Source: a virus (Duplodnaviria > Caudoviricetes). Taken from it: a stretch of 25,238 bases of DNA. Under the pieces are notes generated by a model. The model was not told the DNA's origin. It did not search any database and saw nothing but the letters and a program-made list of their open reading frames with translations. Location of the stretch: positions 1-25,238 of the IMG/VR virus record IMGVR_UViG_3300042566_000093. One strand, written 5' to 3'. Made by a program: the position numbers and the translations under genes. This document shows, piece by piece, positions 19,179-25,238 of the stretch (within the stretch, counting starts at the first letter, position 1; every line of letters begins with the position of its first letter).

Positions 19179-19458
19179 ATTTCAATAGTTGATTATACAT
19201 GTCTAATGCTTGCTTACGATTATTACTAGCAAGCTCTTGAGCTTCTGTCTTGGTGTAAGGCATACCCGTTTTATCGTTAAGAACATCAGTTAAACCTGTT
19301 GAACTTTGTTTATATACTTCATTAATTACATAAGGACCAAGGTCTTTAGTATAAAGAACATTGTCAGGAATATTAATACCTACATCCCGCATATCAATTT
19401 GGAAGTCATGGTCATCATAATCATGACCTCTTAAGGCTTGTACGTTATAACTTTTCAT
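19177..19458 (-). CDS. Hypothetical protein
   Basis: Start overlaps the Dps stop; ends at the terminator. Confidence 0.7.
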   Translation of the reverse strand: MKSYNVQALRGHDYDDHDFQIDMRDVGINIPDNVLYTKDLGPYVINEVYKQSSTGLTDVLNDKTGMPYTKTEAQELASNNRKQALDMYNQLLK

Positions 19459-19931
19459 TTAAAACTCTTTCCAAGTGTTGCTTTGACTTTCCAGTTAAGC
19501 TTGGACAAGTCTTTAATATAGTCACCAACAAGTGTAGCTAAGCCACCATAGCATTGTATATCAGCTTCATCATACAGTTTTTGAGCATGATCAACTAAAT
19601 CATCAAAGTCTTGATTTAGCCATGTAAACATTTCTTTACTTGGCTTTCTAGCATTATCACACTCTGCAATATCAGTCATACTAAGAACTTCTTTAAGAGA
19701 GCATGGTACTCCCTTGTCCATCTGACGGATCTGTTCACCAAGCATATCATGTTGTGCCCACAAGAAGTCATAGATCTCTTCTAAAAGAGCATGATCTTGA
19801 GCAAACATAGGGCCTTCCACATTGAAGTGATACCCATGAGACTTGTAGTATGTCACAAAGTTATCAGCATAAAGCTGTGTAAGCATTGTAATCAAATTAT
19901 TACTTTTGGGTTGAGGTGGTGTCATTGCCAT
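19455..19931 (-). CDS. dps: Dps / ferritin-like protein
   Basis: HGYHFNVEGPMFAQDHALLEEIY…DMLGEQIRQ matches the Dps ferroxidase pattern (HWNVxG..F..LH..FE..Y…D..AERI). Confidence 0.85.
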   Translation of the reverse strand: MAMTPPQPKSNNLITMLTQLYADNFVTYYKSHGYHFNVEGPMFAQDHALLEEIYDFLWAQHDMLGEQIRQMDKGVPCSLKEVLSMTDIAECDNARKPSKEMFTWLNQDFDDLVDHAQKLYDEADIQCYGGLATLVGDYIKDLSKLNWKVKATLGKSFK

Positions 19932-20103
19932 ATTTATTTCCTTTAATTAGTTTCTTTTCAATATCTGACTGATATGCTCTTACTTTATCATTCCAGATAT
20001 GTTCCTGTAGAGTCTCAGGGTTCTTTTTAATACCAAATATAGCATCCCAGTTGTCTCTTACCAGCTGTTCATTCTCTCTACGTCTACTACTACCCTTACC
20101 CAT
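19900..20103 (-). CDS. Small phage hypothetical protein (MGKGSSRR…WDAIFG); start revised to 20103
   Basis: ATG at 20103 with AAGG upstream; short overlap with the preceding gene's stop. Confidence 0.6.
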   Translation of the reverse strand: MGKGSSRRRENEQLVRDNWDAIFGIKKNPETLQEHIWNDKVRAYQSDIEKKLIKGNKYGNDTTSTQK

Positions 20104-20296
20104 AATAGCCTTTACTAAGATTAAACTCGTAGGACTTAACGTTTTCACCTAGGATATACTTACCCCATACTTCAGGTAATTTTAAGCCTTGTAGCTCAAT
20201 ATCGTACCAATAGGCTCTGTCGTCATATAAGGTTTCTTCAGGAGTTTTATAATAATCAGGACACAAGTCCTCAATATCGTGTTTATTAATCATCAT
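20096..20296 (-). CDS. Hypothetical protein
   Basis: SD GAGGA; packed within the operon. Confidence 0.6.
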   Translation of the reverse strand: MMINKHDIEDLCPDYYKTPEETLYDDRAYWYDIELQGLKLPEVWGKYILGENVKSYEFNLSKGYYG

Positions 20297-20618
20297 CTTC
20301 CTCGCTTAATAATGCGGCTAGACTAGTTGGTTTATTATTTTTCTTTAATTCAAAATAATAGTCTGCATTATTATCAATAAAGTCTTTAAATAAAGTTAAT
20401 TCTTTAATTAGTAATTCCAATTTATCATACTTTTCTTTTAAAGATTTCTTATCATATATGTGCATATCAAGCTCTACCTTACGATAGCAGTCAGATATAC
20501 AGATAGTACCGTCCATAGAGTATGGGCTGATATCTACGCTTGCTTCTATTAACGCTGTACCCTTGCTTTTATTAAGGAATTTCCTTGAATAATATCTGGG
20601 GTGTTTTTGTTTAGCCAT
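20286..20618 (-). CDS. Hypothetical phage protein
   Basis: SD AAGGA upstream; SRKFLNK…ISDCYRKVELD. Confidence 0.7.
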   Translation of the reverse strand: MAKQKHPRYYSRKFLNKSKGTALIEASVDISPYSMDGTICISDCYRKVELDMHIYDKKSLKEKYDKLELLIKELTLFKDFIDNNADYYFELKKNNKPTSLAALLSEEDDD

Positions 20619-20636
20619 GTTGTGTCCTTGATTAGA

Positions 20637-20710
20637 GAGTGGTAGTGGGATTCGAACACCACATTCCGAAGCTTATACATCCTCGATTTTACCAGTTAAA
20701 ATATACCACT
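20637..20710 (-). tRNA. Degenerate tRNA-like element, anticodon undetermined (9-nt loop ATGTATAAG)
   Basis: Perfect acceptor stem AGTGGTA/TACCACT; D arm TTTT-AACTGGT-AAAA; anticodon stem CGAGG/CTTCG; T loop TTCGAAT with a bulged T-stem; no CCA. Confidence 0.65.
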
Positions 20711-20752
20711 GTCATTATATCTGTGACTCCGTAACGGTAGAGTCGGACCGAG

Positions 20753-20826
20753 GGTTGCGGGGAAGGGAGTCGCACCCCTGACCTATGGATTATGAGTCCA
20801 TCGCTCTTCTACTGAGCTACCCCGCT
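20753..20826 (-). tRNA. tRNA with CAT anticodon (Met, fMet or Ile2; identity ambiguous)
   Basis: AGCGGGG TA GCTC AGTAGAA GAGC G ATGGA CTCATAA TCCAT AGGTC AGGGG TGCGACT CCCTT CCCCGCA A CC folds as a cloverleaf. Confidence 0.85.
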
Positions 20827-20830
20827 TTAT

Positions 20831-20844
20831 CTATTAGGTACCTG
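20831..20844 (-). promoter_or_regulatory. Candidate phage RNAP promoter CAGGTACCTAATAG
   Basis: Overlaps the end of the thioredoxin gene and ends 4 nt before the tRNA 5' end; same motif as 2871 and 23644. Confidence 0.5.
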
Positions 20845-21088
20845 CTAAGAAAGGTCTTACCTTATTAGCGTCAAAACCTACTGATGTACGTAATACCTGA
20901 TCATTACTATCTACAATAATCATTGTAGGCACTGAACGAATACCGTAGTATGATACTGAATCTTTATTATCTTCGATAGGCATATTAATTAATTCAATCT
21001 CAGGGTATTCAGGTAAAGCTTCTTTAAGAACTTTGTCTAGTTGCTTACATGGTTGGCACCATGCTGCAGAGAATTTAAGTAGTTTCAT
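20834..21088 (-). CDS. trxA: Thioredoxin
   Basis: FSAAWCQPCK active site; IRSVPT cis-Pro motif. Confidence 0.92.
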   Translation of the reverse strand: MKLLKFSAAWCQPCKQLDKVLKEALPEYPEIELINMPIEDNKDSVSYYGIRSVPTMIIVDSNDQVLRTSVGFDANKVRPFLAGT

Positions 21089-21366
21089 TAGTTACCTTTA
21101 AACAGTTCTTCTTTAAGCAGATATCCTTCAAGAGACCAGAGCTGGTCAATAGCATTTTCAAACGAATACTTTTCTCCAAGGGCTTGGTTGTACCTTGACT
21201 TATCCACACAGGCACTTGTGCCAATGACTACGTAACCGTTCTTCATGAACACTTGGCAGATAGTTGTTGTGGTTTCTGGTAGCAGAGTATACACTGACTT
21301 CTCAATCTTAGACATGATATGGTCAATAGTTACTGATGTACGTGGTTTTTCTTTGGTATCGTTCAT
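21088..21366 (-). CDS. N4 Gp49 / Sf6 gp66 family protein (possible cyclic-nucleotide sponge)
   Basis: TICQVFMKNGYVVIGTSACVD…YNQALGEKYS..NAIDQLWSLEGYLL is the family signature. Confidence 0.8.
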   Translation of the reverse strand: MNDTKEKPRTSVTIDHIMSKIEKSVYTLLPETTTTICQVFMKNGYVVIGTSACVDKSRYNQALGEKYSFENAIDQLWSLEGYLLKEELFKGN

Positions 21367-21737
21367 TGTTTACTTTCTAAATATTTAACTGCCTTGTTTA
21401 AACCTTCAAGAGTATCCCCAAAAATACCAAGACCTTTGTTACATTGACCACAGAGAATACCTCTTATTTTACCTGTAATATGATCATGGTCTACTACAGC
21501 ACTTTGTTTAGTTGCTTTGCCATCTAATTCTACTGGTGTATTACAAATAGCACAGCAACCATCTTGATCTTCAATAAGCCTATCTCTTTCTGGAGAAGTA
21601 ATATTGTATTTAGATCTTAGGTGTCTGCAGGTATTACATTCTTTGTAGCGAGCACTATATTCTTTTCCTGTTCTATTAGGGTTATTAATAGAATAAGCTG
21701 TAGTTTCGTTATGACATCCTATATTTTTGCATTTCAT
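21363..21737 (-). CDS. Endonuclease VII-like His-Me endonuclease (possible free-standing homing endonuclease)
   Basis: QDGCCAIC…VVDHDHITGKIRGILCGQCNKGLG; additional N-terminal Cys pairs. Confidence 0.88.
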   Translation of the reverse strand: MKCKNIGCHNETTAYSINNPNRTGKEYSARYKECNTCRHLRSKYNITSPERDRLIEDQDGCCAICNTPVELDGKATKQSAVVDHDHITGKIRGILCGQCNKGLGIFGDTLEGLNKAVKYLESKQ

Positions 21738-23615
21738 TTAAATCTCGCATCCTCCTGCGGTGCAACTTAAAGTCTGCACACCTTCCACATTGTCACGGTC
21801 TTCATAAAACAAATCCCAGTTAATAACAGGTAATGTATCTTTGAGGCGATGATAAACTGACAAATCAATATTTTCATATGGAGCTTGTCGATATGTTCCA
21901 CCGTCATCAGGGAGGAAAGAAATACCTGTGCATTCATTGAAGTGTTCATATACCCATGCTCCTACTTCCATCCACTCGTGGTCTTTAACTGAGATAGTTA
22001 CTGAGGGCTTATGCTCACACCAGTAACGCTGATATGTCAACCAGATATTGAGGTGTTCAATAGCTGTAAGATCTTCACGAGTAAATCCTGGTGAGTGTTG
22101 TGGAAAGCTAAACACAGTAGTCTGATCAGGCTTCATAACGCAGTCTTCGTTAGGGATACCTTGAGAGATCAAGAACTGAGTCAATGGATCTTTCTTATCC
22201 TGACGAATACGTCTGATATAATACTTAGCATGTCCAGCATGGATACCGCTGGATGTCTGTGTAAGTTGTGACACAGTACCTTCAGGCTTAACACAGGTAA
22301 TAGCGGCTGACTCAGGTACACCCAAGATAGCTGCCCACTCTTTGTTAGTCTCACGAGCTACATCACGAAGTTCTTCAAGAAGATCTCTTAGTGGATAGTG
22401 AGTACTGCCACGAAGATAAGGGTTGTCAAGGATACCAGTCATAGACACACCCAAGAGACGTTCTTGGTTGGTGTTAGTACGCCATACATCACGAAGGTAA
22501 GGGAAGTCAGTTAGTGTAGACTGCATAGTACCCATGATAGTAGCTAATCGAACTTTAGTCTTGAGTGACTCAACAGTATCTTCAGGAGACACTACTATAG
22601 TAGACAAGTTACAGAACTGATATGGCTTCAGGATAATCTCTGAGCAAGGGTTAGTACCATAATCAACCTTAGGATCTCTGCGACCCCACTTAGCGGCTTG
22701 TACTTGAGAAGCTTCACGGTTAAAGATACCACGTTCACCTGAGTGACTGTTGTAAATGTCCAACCATTCCTTCATGAACTCACCGATAGAAGGTTTGCTG
22801 TTGTATACTGCTGAGTTGTTAGCCAATGCACGTTCACCGTGGTTTTCCCACCATGCACCTGCCTTAGCTGTGGCATGATCATAGTCACCTAAGTCACCAA
22901 GGGAAATCATAGCTGACCTACGTACACCACCTACCACAACTACTTCACCGATCTTACACATGATATCATGAGCTTCAATAGACTTAAGCTTACGACCTTG
23001 AGCAGCTTTAAACTTATCTACTGTATACTGGAACAAGTCAATCAGTGGACCCGGACCCGAGGCACGACCACCAAATGTTTTAAGTGGCGCACCTGCTGGA
23101 CGAACGAGCGACACATCCCATTTAGGAATAATACCCTCATACAACATTCCAATAAGCATTTTATAAGCTTCACACCAACCTTCTTTAGAGTCAGCTACTA
23201 CAATAGTGTAGCCAGTAGCCTCAACCATTGTAGGAACAACGGGTAATTGGTTAACATAAGCTTGCTCACAAGAGAATCCTACTCCTGTACCACACAAGAG
23301 GATATACATAGCTTCATCAAAGCAACGTTGATTATCAACAGGAAGGTAGCTGCAGTTATAGGCTGCAACGTGTGTTCGTCTAAGGGCTTCACCAGCGGTC
23401 ATAATAGATCGCATAGAGGGAAGCACTGCTAAGTTATTAATGCTGTTTCCTAGGAGACCCCAGATAGAGTCATCCTTATTTACTTTATCTTTAAGTTGTT
23501 CTTGAAAGAAAGATACCCAACGGGCAGATGTTTCATCCCAATTCTCCCTACGTTTTTCTTCAGGTAGGTAACGGGCATAACGGGACTTGGCGATAAGTTG
23601 TTGATAAGAGTTCAT
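21738..23615 (-). CDS. nrdJ: Class II (adenosylcobalamin-dependent) ribonucleotide reductase, RTPR type
   Basis: YNCSY, GTGVGFS, VVGGVRRSA, GTNPCSEI, TCVKPEGTVS, C-terminal CTAGGCEI; no R2 subunit gene adjacent. Confidence 0.93.
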   Translation of the reverse strand: MNSYQQLIAKSRYARYLPEEKRRENWDETSARWVSFFQEQLKDKVNKDDSIWGLLGNSINNLAVLPSMRSIMTAGEALRRTHVAAYNCSYLPVDNQRCFDEAMYILLCGTGVGFSCEQAYVNQLPVVPTMVEATGYTIVVADSKEGWCEAYKMLIGMLYEGIIPKWDVSLVRPAGAPLKTFGGRASGPGPLIDLFQYTVDKFKAAQGRKLKSIEAHDIMCKIGEVVVVGGVRRSAMISLGDLGDYDHATAKAGAWWENHGERALANNSAVYNSKPSIGEFMKEWLDIYNSHSGERGIFNREASQVQAAKWGRRDPKVDYGTNPCSEIILKPYQFCNLSTIVVSPEDTVESLKTKVRLATIMGTMQSTLTDFPYLRDVWRTNTNQERLLGVSMTGILDNPYLRGSTHYPLRDLLEELRDVARETNKEWAAILGVPESAAITCVKPEGTVSQLTQTSSGIHAGHAKYYIRRIRQDKKDPLTQFLISQGIPNEDCVMKPDQTTVFSFPQHSPGFTREDLTAIEHLNIWLTYQRYWCEHKPSVTISVKDHEWMEVGAWVYEHFNECTGISFLPDDGGTYRQAPYENIDLSVYHRLKDTLPVINWDLFYEDRDNVEGVQTLSCTAGGCEI

Positions 23616-23643
23616 GAGTTCCTTGTTGTTAATTGTTGTCTGG

Positions 23644-23656
23644 TATTAGGTACCGA
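23644..23656 (-). promoter_or_regulatory. Candidate phage RNAP promoter TCGGTACCTAATA upstream of nrdJ
   Basis: Intergenic; 12/13 identical to the copy at 2871-2883. Confidence 0.55.
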
Positions 23657-23663
23657 CTCACTG

Positions 23664-23686
23664 TATTACTATTAACCATAGTAATA
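23664..23686. other. AT-rich perfect inverted repeat (9-bp stem, 5-nt loop)
   Basis: tattactat-taacc-atagtaata, between the RNAP stop and the promoter-like motif. Confidence 0.5.
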
Positions 23687-23707
23687 AAAGTATTAATAAT
23701 GATAGTG

Positions 23708-25237
23708 TCAGCAAAAGAAATACTCCGAATTAGTTACTTCAGAAAGGTTTAAGCTACCTAGTTCTGGTTGGTTAAAAGTAAAAGTATCCTTATTATTCAT
23801 AAGAGTATCCTGTATGATATCAAAGAAGTTTTCTACATCATACTGTGCAATGAAGGTCATCTTAGTTACTTCTTGAAGGAAATCAACTTCATCCGCATGT
23901 GTACTAAAGCTATCATGGACTGCTCCAAAAGAGCCGTTAAAGCTGACGATAGTATTTGCCATGTGAGCAGCATCATATGAGTGAACAACGTTAGGGCTGA
24001 TACCAGAAGCAAAGGAACGTCTGCAAGGAACACGTTCACCAGTTTCTTTGTTGAGTACGTCAACTTTAATAACGTGCATGACTCGTCCGTCTTTATTTCC
24101 TTGGATACCTTTGATAGTTCCTCTTTGTTTCCGTTCATGCTGTAAGTAAGCCTTGTATACCACTGGGAACCCTGATGGGGTTGTCCACGAAAGTTGATTT
24201 CTTCCTGAGTTAAGTTCATGTTCTGCAATCTTCTGTAAATACTTGGTTGTCTTAAGTGGTCCTGCACAGACGGTGTTAATAGCCTTGATTAGGTTACCTG
24301 CTAATATATCACACTCATTTTCAGTAATGTTATATTTAACAGTATAACCTTCTACGTGACAGTCATCGTACATATTCTTTGCGATACGAAGTTTACCTGC
24401 ACTATAAGCACGAGTCATTGAGCCTCGTTTAGCTATACCCTTACGAATATGTTTCATAGGCATATCTTTAGCTTCAAAGTACTCAGGCATAATGTTGATA
24501 AGTTCTTTGGCTACTGCTACGTAAAAGTCTTTTTGGATAGGTGTAGGAACAAGTGATACTAGTGTACCAGCTTGTTTGTCCTTAGACATAGCCGCTAAGT
24601 GTTGCCAACCGTTATTACTACCATCGATAGGTATAGGTAGACCAGACATAAAGGGTTTACCCTCCATGACAGATCTTTTATATCCTAACAGCTCATTACA
24701 ACAGGCTAAGAAGCTGTAGGCTTTCTCAGCGTCAGGATGAATATGTTTAGTACGGGCAGTCTGGTAGATAAACTCTATGTTGTTATCTACCCATGCAACT
24801 CGATCTTCCAATGTCATCTTATCTACAGATATAGTGTCAAGACCTTCTTCAGTTAAGTAAGCCTTGTAGTCTGTGGTAAAGTAGCTTGGGATGTTACCAA
24901 TAATAAATGATTTATTAAAGCAAGCTGCTGTATGTACCTTGATCCAGAATAAACCACGTTCAGTAACCTTCTTCTTATTAGCAAACAAGAACAGGCTACG
25001 AGCCAAGTCACTACCTTGGAACTCTAAGAATGATTCTGCATAGTACACTCGACCACGGTAGTCACAAGAGACTTCCTGATAGAATGTTCTGTTGCCAATC
25101 ATCTCAGCCTTCTTAAGTACCTGAGTGTACTCAAAGTACTTACTCATCATACGCTGTAGCTTGGGATCTTTCTTACCAAGGAATTTAGTCTTGTCTGTAT
25201 GGAACAAGTTCTTAGGTAAGTCTAGGTTTTCATGGTG
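23708..25237 (-). CDS. T7-like single-subunit DNA-directed RNA polymerase (N-terminus beyond the window)
   Basis: CDYRGRVY, PIDGSNNGWQH, KRGSMTRAY, ISPNVVHSYDA, VHDSF, C-terminal SEYFFC; frame stays open to the window edge. Confidence 0.95.
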   Translation of the reverse strand, partial: HHENLDLPKNLFHTDKTKFLGKKDPKLQRMMSKYFEYTQVLKKAEMIGNRTFYQEVSCDYRGRVYYAESFLEFQGSDLARSLFLFANKKKVTERGLFWIKVHTAACFNKSFIIGNIPSYFTTDYKAYLTEEGLDTISVDKMTLEDRVAWVDNNIEFIYQTARTKHIHPDAEKAYSFLACCNELLGYKRSVMEGKPFMSGLPIPIDGSNNGWQHLAAMSKDKQAGTLVSLVPTPIQKDFYVAVAKELINIMPEYFEAKDMPMKHIRKGIAKRGSMTRAYSAGKLRIAKNMYDDCHVEGYTVKYNITENECDILAGNLIKAINTVCAGPLKTTKYLQKIAEHELNSGRNQLSWTTPSGFPVVYKAYLQHERKQRGTIKGIQGNKDGRVMHVIKVDVLNKETGERVPCRRSFASGISPNVVHSYDAAHMANTIVSFNGSFGAVHDSFSTHADEVDFLQEVTKMTFIAQYDVENFFDIIQDTLMNNKDTFTFNQPELGSLNLSEVTNSEYFFC

Positions 25238-25238
25238 A

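Noticed and set aside
20725-20744. Small hairpin gactc…gagtc between the two tRNAs
   Set aside because: Too short and imperfect to call as an RNA gene; may be a processing spacer
23654-23662. CGACTCACT, a 9-nt match to the T7 promoter core on the + strand
   Set aside because: Lacks TAATA upstream and ATAGGG downstream, points antisense into the RNAP gene, and is seen only once; the overlapping GGTACCTAATA motif explains the site better
7868-24267. Other nested alternative-frame ORFs in the track (e.g. 7868-8320, 15621-15917, 17155-17517, 22968-23432, 23866-24267)
   Set aside because: Overlap well-supported genes, have Leu-rich off-frame composition, and show no motifs or SD
21738-25237. Inteins or introns in nrdJ or the RNAP
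   Set aside because: Both frames are continuous with normal motif spacing and no intein splice motifs seen

Overview
A 25-kb segment of an AT-rich lytic tailed phage with podovirus-type gene content, in two convergent arms that meet at a bidirectional terminator (~19125-19178). The + strand arm (1-19123) is the late module: tail-tip genes, a lysis cassette (holin-like genes, M15 peptidase endolysin), a tail tubular/stabilisation protein, a repeat-rich tail fibre and its chaperone, a GNAT-like assembly protein, and five successive probable internal/ejection proteins. The - strand arm (19177->25238) has a canonical T7-like RNA polymerase (cut by the window edge), class II ribonucleotide reductase, an EndoVII-type endonuclease, a Gp49-family protein, thioredoxin, two atypical tRNA(-like) genes, small ORFs and a Dps. 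Main observation: the last late-module gene (15572-19123, 1183 aa) carries all the catalytic motifs of a single-subunit RNA polymerase in divergent form. This suggests a second, probably virion-packaged RNAP, about one third the size of N4 vRNAP. The preceding giant ejection protein begins with a thermonuclease-like domain, and a candidate phage promoter (GGTACCTAWTA) occurs three times upstream of transcription units. All family assignments are from motif recognition by eye, not database searches.
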